This document shows positions 47,493-54,270 of a stretch of DNA of 55,920 nt, piece after piece. Position 1 is the first letter of the stretch. Every line of letters starts with the position of its first letter. A program made the translations under genes and the position numbers. The stretch spans positions 1 through 55,920 of the forward strand of contig JANWKQ010000041.1 of the NCBI GenBank assembly GCA_025451295.1, in the 5' to 3' direction. The notes below the pieces were generated by a model. That model made no database searches, had not been told where the DNA came from, and saw only the letters and a list, made by a program, of their open reading frames with translations. Origin of the DNA: Flavobacteriales bacterium. Lineage in GTDB: Bacteria; Bacteroidota; Bacteroidia; CAIKAF01.

Positions 47493-49724
47493 ATGTTTAA
47501 AAAACTTACATTGGTAATTGTAGCCATCAGCTGCAATTATCTCCTCACCTTCGCGGGTGGGTTTATCATCACCAGCGCAGCTGTCATTAATCATGTAGAA
47601 CCTCAAAAGGTGCAGGATTATACCCTGCACTGCAAAAAACTGAGGATCGATGTGCAGATGGACGGTCCGGTAGCCGTTACCACGGTTGAACAAACCTTTG
47701 AGAACAGTACAGCTCAAAGAATGGAAGGAGATTATTTCTTTCCACTTCCTAAAAATGCGATCATCAAAGAATTTCGGATGGAAATGAACGGGGTGATGGT
47801 AAAAGCAGAAATGCTTGACGCAGCCGGTGCACGAAAGATCTATGAAGACATCGTGAGGCAAATGAAAGATCCCGCTTTGCTTGAATTTACCGATCAGGGA
47901 ATGCTCCGAATGCGGATCTTTCCCATCGAACCAAATTCTACCAAAGAGATCAAACTCGTCTTTGCGCATTATATGCCCATAGATAATGGTACGTATGAAT
48001 ATTCATATCCACTCAATGCACTTAAATATAATTCGAAGCCCATTGATGATGTGGTGGTGAATGTAGATATTAAATCAGATGAAAAGATAAAGAATGTATA
48101 TTCACCTACGCATTTGGTGGATGTAGTCCATTCATCTGACCATAAAGCCAAAGCTTCTATGGAACTCGGTGAAGATGCGATGCCATCACAATTTAAACTC
48201 TACTATTCAACTTCCAGTTCTTTGTTGGGCATGTCAATGTTCCAGTTCAAGGAAAAAAGTGAAGATGGATTTTTTATTGCAGATATTAGTCCCGGTTTTA
48301 TTGAAGCTGACAAAGTCGTAAGCAAGGATGTGACCTTTATTATGGACATTAGTGGCAGCATGCGGGGGGATAAGATCATTCAGGCCAGAAATACATTAAC
48401 CAAATGTGTGGAAGAATTGAATGACGGAGATAAATTTGAGATCATCACTTTTGGAACAGAAGCTTATCAGCTTTTTGGAAAGAGAACAATCGTGGATGAA
48501 ACTTCCAGAAAAAAAGCATATGCTTTTATCGATAAGATTGAAGCCCTGGGTGGAACCAATATGGATGGTGCTTTTAGTCTGGCATTTCAGGAAAAGGCAG
48601 ATCCTCAGCGCCCATCGAATATACTTTTTATTACAGATGGTAAACCAACCATTGGCGAATGGGATGAGACCAAGTTGATGAAAAAGATTTCTGACGGAAA
48701 TGCAAAAAACCACCGGATCTTTGCTTTCGGAATTGGTGGCGATTTGAATTTCAGATTGATCGATAAAATTGCAGCAGATGGCCGTGGTTTAAGAACCTAT
48801 CTGGCCGAAGATGAAGATATCAGCAAATCGGTTTCTACCTTTTTTGCAAAAATATCGGCACCCGTATTATCCGACGTAAAGGTTTATTTTGCAGATGCGC
48901 CGAATGAATACCAGGTATTCCCGAAAAACTGCCAGGATATATTTTACGGACGTTCATTAACCGTGAGTGGAAGATTCAGGGATGCCGGAACCACAAAACT
49001 CATCGTTGAGGGAAAATTAAATGGAGTTGTTCAAAAATTTGAATATGATGTTCAATGGAAAGATGACGTAACGGAGAATGAATTTGTGCCTTCAATCTGG
49101 GCAGCCAGAAGGGTAGGGGATCTGTTGGATCAGATCCGTTTGGTTGGAGAAAATGAAGAGTTGAAAGATGAGATCGTTACTCTATCCCGCAGATACGGGA
49201 TCATTACGCCTTATACAAGCTATTTGATCCTCGAGGACGAAAGGGTGACGAATATCAATAACACCAACAATGGTGACGGTACGATGACCATTTTCAATTC
49301 CACAAATCTTGGTTTCAGTAGTCAAAGGATGGAAAGTGAGTATGATAATTTAAAATCCAACAATGATGCCATCACGATCACACAGAGCAGTGAAGTTCAG
49401 AAATTGAATGGAGCCAACAACTATGCTGAGACCAAGTTAGACAAGAACCGAAATAAGGTAAGTGATCTCGCTGAAGGTTCTGAGGATGACAACATCGTTA
49501 ACGATAATACCATTGCGAATGGAAGAGCCATGTATTATCAGAATAACCAAATGATTGATGCCGATGTAATGACCAACACGAATTTAAAGAAGAAAGAAAT
49601 AAAATTCGGAAGCGATGAATACTTCGAGCTGGTCAACAACGATAAAGTAGCTAAAGAATATATGAGCAAGAGCAGAAATGTTCAGTTCGTACATAACAAC
49701 CAGATCTATATGGTGGTGGATTGA
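47493..49724 (+). CDS. VIT-domain plus VWA-domain protein (inter-alpha-trypsin-inhibitor-like architecture)
   Basis: The ATG at 47493 lies 6 nt after the upstream stop. A VIT-like N-domain is present (VTTVEQTFENSTAQRMEGDYFFPLPKNAIIKEFRMEMNG...). The VWA MIDAS is FIMDISGSMRGDK, followed by LGGTNM and FITDGKPT. Confidence 0.8.
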   Translation: MFKKLTLVIVAISCNYLLTFAGGFIITSAAVINHVEPQKVQDYTLHCKKLRIDVQMDGPVAVTTVEQTFENSTAQRMEGDYFFPLPKNAIIKEFRMEMNGVMVKAEMLDAAGARKIYEDIVRQMKDPALLEFTDQGMLRMRIFPIEPNSTKEIKLVFAHYMPIDNGTYEYSYPLNALKYNSKPIDDVVVNVDIKSDEKIKNVYSPTHLVDVVHSSDHKAKASMELGEDAMPSQFKLYYSTSSSLLGMSMFQFKEKSEDGFFIADISPGFIEADKVVSKDVTFIMDISGSMRGDKIIQARNTLTKCVEELNDGDKFEIITFGTEAYQLFGKRTIVDETSRKKAYAFIDKIEALGGTNMDGAFSLAFQEKADPQRPSNILFITDGKPTIGEWDETKLMKKISDGNAKNHRIFAFGIGGDLNFRLIDKIAADGRGLRTYLAEDEDISKSVSTFFAKISAPVLSDVKVYFADAPNEYQVFPKNCQDIFYGRSLTVSGRFRDAGTTKLIVEGKLNGVVQKFEYDVQWKDDVTENEFVPSIWAARRVGDLLDQIRLVGENEELKDEIVTLSRRYGIITPYTSYLILEDERVTNINNTNNGDGTMTIFNSTNLGFSSQRMESEYDNLKSNNDAITITQSSEVQKLNGANNYAETKLDKNRNKVSDLAEGSEDDNIVNDNTIANGRAMYYQNNQMIDADVMTNTNLKKKEIKFGSDEYFELVNNDKVAKEYMSKSRNVQFVHNNQIYMVVD

Positions 49725-49750
49725 TTAATGGAAAACCATTAACTGGCCAA

Positions 49751-49805
49751 GGGCAACAAAAATAGTTTCGTTCTTAGTGTCGTCTTGGCTTAGCCGGGAC
49801 TGCAC
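49751..49805 (+). repeat. copy 1 of a dispersed GC-rich intergenic repeat (GGGCAACAAAAA...TGTCG...CCGGG)
   Basis: By-eye alignment to the minus strand of 54114..54169 gives about 65-70% identity over about 55 nt. This includes an identical 12-mer GGGCAACAAAAA. Confidence 0.55.
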
Positions 49806-49830
49806 GATATCATTCGGGTTCGACAAACAC

Positions 49831-49880
49831 AAAAAAAGACCGGGTCTCCGACAGCAAGCGGAAGCACCTGGTCTTTTTTT
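49831..49880. terminator. bidirectional hairpin terminator between convergent VIT-VWA and paralogue genes
   Basis: A7-GACCGGGT ... ACCTGGTC-T7. One pair is G-U on the plus RNA. An inner CTCCG/CGGAAG extension lengthens the stem. Confidence 0.7.
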
Positions 49881-49886
49881 ATTTAT

Positions 49887-50378
49887 TCAATAGCTCCTTA
49901 GTACAATGCGATAGTCGCATTGGGCTCCGTAAAGATAGAGCAGGGTGGCTTTGTTAGAATATTTTCTGATCACTTTACAATATTCAATCGCTTTCCATTC
50001 GGAATCGGTAGCGCTGTTAACTTTCATGTTTACTTTCCCGAGGTAGTCGTCTGAACTATACTCCCCGCCATCATCTTCCCAGAATTCGATATTAACAGTT
50101 TGTCCTGGACCCATTCCTTCTTCCAGCAATTTTTTATTTACTTTTTTTATGTCGATTGCCGCCCATTTACCCAGATCCAATCGTTTTGATATACCTGAAG
50201 GTGACAAAACAAAACAATAGAGCTCATCCGGATCATCCCTACCAGTGCGGTCTCCACCTTCTTCGGCATAGCAGGTAATGGAATCAAGCATGACATGTAC
50301 ATACATTTCCTGTGCATAACAAGTTTGACCCGCCAGAACAAGCATAAAAAAAATGATATATTTTATTTTACTCACCAT
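49887..50378 (-). CDS. small secreted protein of unknown fold, tandem paralogue B
   Basis: 163 aa with a signal peptide. It shares with 50368..50877 the motifs DSITC-x2-E-x-GG, PDELY, KKVN-x2-LL, FWE-x-D and DD(F/Y)(I/L)G-x-V. Confidence 0.7.
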   Translation of the reverse strand: MVSKIKYIIFFMLVLAGQTCYAQEMYVHVMLDSITCYAEEGGDRTGRDDPDELYCFVLSPSGISKRLDLGKWAAIDIKKVNKKLLEEGMGPGQTVNIEFWEDDGGEYSSDDYLGKVNMKVNSATDSEWKAIEYCKVIRKYSNKATLLYLYGAQCDYRIVLRSY

Positions 50379-50877
50379 ACACTTTCATTACCAATAAATA
50401 GCTGGCCTGACTCCCGAATAAATTGATCAGGGTAATTTTATTAGCCTTGTTTTTAACGATTCTGCTATCGGTAACGGCACTCCATTCAATTTGAGAAGCA
50501 CTTTTTACTTCGAGTCTCACGGTTCCAATAAAATCATCCTCTCCATATTCGCCACATGCTGCATTGTCGCATTCCCAGAAATCAAAAACCACGCTGGTTC
50601 CCGCCAATATTTTTTCGTCGAGCAAAGTTTCGTTTACTTTTTTTGAAGTAACGGCAATCCATTGGCCAAGGCTGAGTCTTCTTTGTCTTCCTGAAGGAGC
50701 AGTTACCAACACATAAAGTTCATCCGGATTGCTGGTTCCGCCGGTATAACCTCCCTGTTCAAGATTACAGGTGATGGAGTCAATACGGACCCATGCACCA
50801 TCATCCAATGAAGTGGATTGAGAATGAACCGATGTGAAAGCGAAAAAAAGAAAAAAGATAAAAAGGAACCTTGTCAT
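50368..50877 (-). CDS. small secreted protein of unknown fold, tandem paralogue A
   Basis: 169 aa with a signal peptide (FLFIFFLFFAFTSVHSQ). About 40% identity to the downstream gene by eye. The two genes overlap by 11 nt. Confidence 0.7.
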   Translation of the reverse strand: MTRFLFIFFLFFAFTSVHSQSTSLDDGAWVRIDSITCNLEQGGYTGGTSNPDELYVLVTAPSGRQRRLSLGQWIAVTSKKVNETLLDEKILAGTSVVFDFWECDNAACGEYGEDDFIGTVRLEVKSASQIEWSAVTDSRIVKNKANKITLINLFGSQASYLLVMKVYGE

Positions 50878-50896
50878 GGTGAATAGGTTGTGTACT

Positions 50897-50904
50897 CAAA
50901 TATA
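50897..50904 (-). promoter_or_regulatory. -7 promoter box TATATTTG for the paralogue pair
   Basis: Perfect TAnnTTTG on the minus strand, 20 nt upstream of the ATG at 50877. It is preceded by the TTTGGG repeat tract. Confidence 0.5.
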
Positions 50905-50908
50905 AGCA

Positions 50909-50950
50909 CCAAATCCCAAATTCCAAAACCCAAAATTTCAAGTCCCAAAA
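50909..50950. repeat. degenerate 7-8-nt periodic CCCAAA(A/T) tract (TTTGGG on the minus strand)
   Basis: The plus strand reads CCAAAT CCCAAAT TCCAAAA CCCAAAAT ... TCCCAAAAT. Confidence 0.7.
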
Positions 50951-50966
50951 TAGGAATGGATGAACA

Positions 50967-51027
50967 TAGCGTCTTTGCCTCTCCGCAGTAAATCTTTTTA
51001 TCTTACCGCGGAGAGGCAAAGACGCTA
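50967..51027. repeat. perfect 20-bp inverted repeat with 21-nt spacer (REP-like hairpin)
   Basis: Arm 50967..50986 (TAGCGTCTTTGCCTCTCCGC) pairs with arm 51008..51027 (GCGGAGAGGCAAAGACGCTA). It starts 5 nt after the stop of the upstream minus-strand gene. No U-tract follows on either strand. Confidence 0.85.
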
Positions 51028-51032
51028 AGCGT

Positions 51033-52517
51033 TCAATGGGAGTCTTTTACGCCGTAAAGTTGCCTATCCAGAAGTATGGGCAACTTTTCTCCGAAATAGC
51101 AATTGAAGATCACCCTGTAGAAATTTACCGGGGTAATGGAATCATACAGACCCATGTAGTGCTGGTCGGGGAAATAAAACCTGGCCAGAATGGAATATTC
51201 TTCCGTATGATTTCCGGTTTCTCTCAACAATCTCGATCCATGGTCGCCATGAATAATAATGATCGGTGGATTTTTTGAGGAGGCGAGTATTTTTTCAACG
51301 GCATGCATCACAAGTGTGTTGGTATGGATCAATTGTTCGATATAATTTGATGCAGCCTCGTATTTAGACCGAACGGGACCTAAACCATCAGGATACATTT
51401 TTCCGTTGGCATCAAAATAATAAGGACCATGTGGCATCATTAAATGTGCATAGACGAAAATTGGTTTGTTATGAGGAGCCGATGCTGTTTTTTCCAACGC
51501 CGAAAATAAATTCAGGTTGGTTTGTCCATCGAATTTAGGTGCTTTTTGGTTACCTGGCCACTTAATAAAACAATCCCTGAATAAAAACTGGGGTAGTGAG
51601 GTGGCATCCGGCATATAATGCATCTGATGAAATTTTTCCTTGTCTCCAATATCAAAAATGGATAGATTAATGATATTATAACCGTATTCCTCCAATCTGG
51701 ATGTTACCTGGTTGTTTTTTATGGCCAACCGGTATGCAGATGTACTCACTACGTCGTTTCCAACAATTGAATCGAGATTTGGCAAATAGTCCATATTAAA
51801 TGTCATTGCCAGACTCATTTGTGTGGCTGTGCTATTGCTTTTTGCCTTAGAAGCCGAGTAAAATCCAAGCCTGGATAGATTTGAATCCAGTTTCCCATTG
51901 TCATAGTTCCAATGTGTTTTTAGTTCTGCTGAGCTTGTATAAGCATCCAGCACGATATGATAGATGTCCGGATATTTTTTTTCGCCTGTTGTATCTACAG
52001 GTGATTCGAAGATATTCTCATCCTGTTTTAAATAACCGATCCAGCTTCTGCTATCCATATAATTTTTTCCAAGATTGGCCAGTTCAAAAAGGACTAATAT
52101 GATCAAAAGCACATTCAGATATGAATTAATTTGTTTGAGATTCGATTTGGTGAGCAAAAGAGGAAGTAGTAGCAATATCAGGATGAGTACCATTAAATAT
52201 TTCACTCTTCCATAGGGTAAAAAACATACCTGGTACAAGGCATAACGGATATTGTCAAAAAAAAGAAAGGTGATCATTGCCAGCAGGCTGGCAATAGCTG
52301 GTTTTTTTTTGTTCTTGAAAAAAATATAAAGAAAGGCAAAAGGGATGGCGGATAACAACATCACCATGGCGATGAATAGAAGAACGTAGGCTGTTGAATA
52401 CAATATAAAAGCTTCCTTAAGTTGGAATAAAACAAAAAATAAACCCAATAGAAACGGATATAGAGATCGTTCCTGAAAAAAACCTTTCAACCTTGGTATG
52501 AATGTTTTGTTTGTCAT
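51033..52517 (-). CDS. membrane-bound alkaline-phosphatase-superfamily transferase (LtaS/EptA/OpgB-like, 'sulfatase' domain)
   Basis: The start is moved to the ATG at 52517 (ATGA overlap with the upstream stop). There are about 5 N-terminal TM helices. The extracytoplasmic domain has DIYHIVLDAYTSS, MMPHGPYYFD and IIIHGDHGS, and no CxPxR sulfatase motif. Confidence 0.75.
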   Translation of the reverse strand: MTNKTFIPRLKGFFQERSLYPFLLGLFFVLFQLKEAFILYSTAYVLLFIAMVMLLSAIPFAFLYIFFKNKKKPAIASLLAMITFLFFDNIRYALYQVCFLPYGRVKYLMVLILILLLLPLLLTKSNLKQINSYLNVLLIILVLFELANLGKNYMDSRSWIGYLKQDENIFESPVDTTGEKKYPDIYHIVLDAYTSSAELKTHWNYDNGKLDSNLSRLGFYSASKAKSNSTATQMSLAMTFNMDYLPNLDSIVGNDVVSTSAYRLAIKNNQVTSRLEEYGYNIINLSIFDIGDKEKFHQMHYMPDATSLPQFLFRDCFIKWPGNQKAPKFDGQTNLNLFSALEKTASAPHNKPIFVYAHLMMPHGPYYFDANGKMYPDGLGPVRSKYEAASNYIEQLIHTNTLVMHAVEKILASSKNPPIIIIHGDHGSRLLRETGNHTEEYSILARFYFPDQHYMGLYDSITPVNFYRVIFNCYFGEKLPILLDRQLYGVKDSH

Positions 52518-53896
52518 CCAATTTTTTGCATCAGATAAAGAGAACGTCCGGAGTCCTGAATAGAGGATTTTTTTACGATTGTAAACCATTGCCCAAAACT
52601 TTCCTCGAATGTCTCCTGGTGATAATCGTGAAAAATATCTTCACGGAATTTTAGCAATTCCTGGATCTTTGGATCTTCCTTCGGGACAAATTCTATGAGT
52701 AACCATGGCCCCAATTCCTTAAAAAAGGCCGCCAGTTTGGCTAAAGGAATGTTGTTCGAGATGCAAAGATGATGTACAAGTGCCAAAGCCATCACCAGAT
52801 CGGGTGTTGTTCGTCCGAAGATGGAAAAACGTTCCTTGTTATTCCAACCGACAGCCGAAGAAGGATTGGTGAGATCAAGCAACAAGGGTAAAATATTTTT
52901 CTCTCCTTTTTCCCGGCTGGTGAGATAATTTTTTTCAACCACACCGGCATCGTGATCAAACGAGATCACCATTGTTTTTTCGGGCAACATTCGACTAAAT
53001 ACACCTGTATTAGCGCCGAGATCCCAAGTGAGGAGAGGATGGAGCTCCGAAATAAAATCTTTAACCAGTTGTTGTTTATGTTCCAGGTATTCCTTCCCGA
53101 GAATGGTTTCTTCGTAATAATTCACCCAGTTGGAGGAATCATCTTTCAATCGCATATTTTTTACACAGCTTTCCAGATTATCTATCAAACCTTTCAAAGA
53201 AGTTTTCGAAAATCGCTTACCAGATGGTTTGGCTTTTGTGGTTGTTTGATTTTTAAGAATGCTTTTGGCGTGCAGATGAATATGCAATAATAGCGAGGGA
53301 CTCCTTTTGGTTCTGGAGGGAAGTAATTTTCTGGCGAGATCTAATGGAATTCCATCAATATGATCCTTCAACAATAAACCCAAACGTACATCTGTATGAC
53401 ACATCAAAGCCAGCGGCGCCAGAAAGTGCTCGCAGAATTGCCGGTAAGCGACCCAGGGTTCACCTTCCTGATAGATTTCAAACGATAAAGTATCAATGAA
53501 GACCGGTTTTCCTTCTTTCCATTGAATATTAAATCCGCTGGCATCTTTCAGACCCATTTGATACTTCATGGCTGTTTTCTGAATGTTGAGTGTCAGCAGT
53601 GCAGCATCCTTCAACTGTGAAAAACACCATTCGTATGGATAGGAAATAAATGGAATGGGAACAGGTTGTAATATTCGATAGGTTTCAGGACATTCAGTTG
53701 TATCAAATTCTGCTTCACGATGAGGGATCAGCCATTTTTCTTTCACCAGTTCATCATATAGACCTGATTTCATCAATTTGTCATAATGAGGCTGATACCT
53801 TTCGTGAACAGACCGGTAAATGATGCCCTCTTTTAAAAATACATATCCATTGGGATCACGGAATGAGCTATGGGATGGATCAGGATTCTGCTTCAT
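52514..53896 (-). CDS. class-I SAM-dependent methyltransferase with uncharacterised ~250-aa N-terminal domain
   Basis: The start is trimmed to MKQNPDPSHSSFRDPNGYVFLKEG. SAM motif I is TWDLGANTGVFS. The acidic loop is VISFDHD. Confidence 0.7.
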   Translation of the reverse strand: MKQNPDPSHSSFRDPNGYVFLKEGIIYRSVHERYQPHYDKLMKSGLYDELVKEKWLIPHREAEFDTTECPETYRILQPVPIPFISYPYEWCFSQLKDAALLTLNIQKTAMKYQMGLKDASGFNIQWKEGKPVFIDTLSFEIYQEGEPWVAYRQFCEHFLAPLALMCHTDVRLGLLLKDHIDGIPLDLARKLLPSRTKRSPSLLLHIHLHAKSILKNQTTTKAKPSGKRFSKTSLKGLIDNLESCVKNMRLKDDSSNWVNYYEETILGKEYLEHKQQLVKDFISELHPLLTWDLGANTGVFSRMLPEKTMVISFDHDAGVVEKNYLTSREKGEKNILPLLLDLTNPSSAVGWNNKERFSIFGRTTPDLVMALALVHHLCISNNIPLAKLAAFFKELGPWLLIEFVPKEDPKIQELLKFREDIFHDYHQETFEESFGQWFTIVKKSSIQDSGRSLYLMQKIG

Positions 53897-54053
53897 TATT
53901 ATTATTCTTTTTTGAAAATAATTTTTTGAAGAAGTGTACGATCCGGTTTTTTGCCAGTTTAAAGAAAAAAACCACCGCAAGAAAACCACCAATCAATAAT
54001 TGAAACAGGAAACTGCCGGAACCGGGATCTACATATAAGATAACCTGAAGCAT
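53880..54053 (-). CDS. unannotated 57-aa single-pass membrane peptide (MLQVILYVDPGSGSFLFQLLIGGFLAVVFFFKLAKNRIVHFFKKLFSKKNNNNEAES)
   Basis: The ORF is below the 60-aa track cutoff. Its ATG lies 21 nt downstream of a perfect -7 box. It has one TM helix followed by a basic tail. Its 3' end overlaps the methyltransferase start by 17 nt. Confidence 0.55.
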   Translation of the reverse strand: MLQVILYVDPGSGSFLFQLLIGGFLAVVFFFKLAKNRIVHFFKKLFSKKNNNNEAES

Positions 54054-54073
54054 AGGCTTGGGTGATTATGCAT

Positions 54074-54081
54074 CAAAGATA
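54074..54081 (-). promoter_or_regulatory. -7 promoter box TATCTTTG for the small-ORF/methyltransferase/transferase unit
   Basis: Perfect TAnnTTTG on the minus strand, 21 nt upstream of the ATG at 54053. Confidence 0.5.
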
Positions 54082-54113
54082 AGGAATTAGGGGAGATTGC
54101 CCATCAACCTCAT

Positions 54114-54169
54114 GCAAGCGGCCCGGTTCGCCGCGGCGACAGAGAAGCGACATCCTTTTTTGTTGCCCC
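54114..54169 (-). repeat. copy 2 of the dispersed GC-rich repeat, containing the 10-nt palindrome CGCCGCGGCG (54129..54138)
   Basis: The minus strand reads GGGGCAACAAAAAAGGATGTCGCTTCTCTGTCGCCGCGGCGAACCGGGCCGCTTGC and aligns with 49751..49805. Its core recurs at 6348..6367. Confidence 0.55.
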
Positions 54170-54252
54170 GTAAATATCTTTCGGTGCCGGGTTGAGACGG
54201 AATATATTCCGTCTCTGCCGAAGGCCGTAATTTAAATTATGGCAACAAAAAA
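54156..54252. repeat. nested inverted-repeat structure (12-bp outer arms, 7-bp middle stem, 22-nt perfect palindrome at 54194..54215)
   Basis: Outer arms are TTTTTTGTTGCC (54156..54167) and GGCAACAAAAAA (54241..54252). The middle stem is CTTTCGG / CCGAAGG. The apex is GAGACGGAATATATTCCGTCTC. Confidence 0.8.
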
Positions 54253-54270
54253 GATATATGCTAACACCAG

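Noticed and set aside
49816-49824. GGGTTCGAC, a string resembling a tRNA T-arm, in the gap after the VIT-VWA gene.
   Set aside because: There is no complementary T-stem partner, acceptor stem or anticodon arm in the flanking sequence, so no cloverleaf can be drawn.
50909-50950. Short periodic repeats, considered as a possible CRISPR array or telomere-like tract.
   Set aside because: The unit is only 7-8 nt with no spacers, covers about 40 nt in total, and there are no cas genes anywhere in the window. It is a degenerate micro-repeat, not a CRISPR.
50801-51019. A 72-aa minus-strand ORF (MPLRGKIKRFTAERQRRYVHPFLFWDLKFWVLEFGIW...).
   Set aside because: It is a read-through translation of the 20-bp inverted repeat and the TTTGGG periodic tract, and it runs into the start of the downstream gene. 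I interpret it as a repeat artefact, not a gene.
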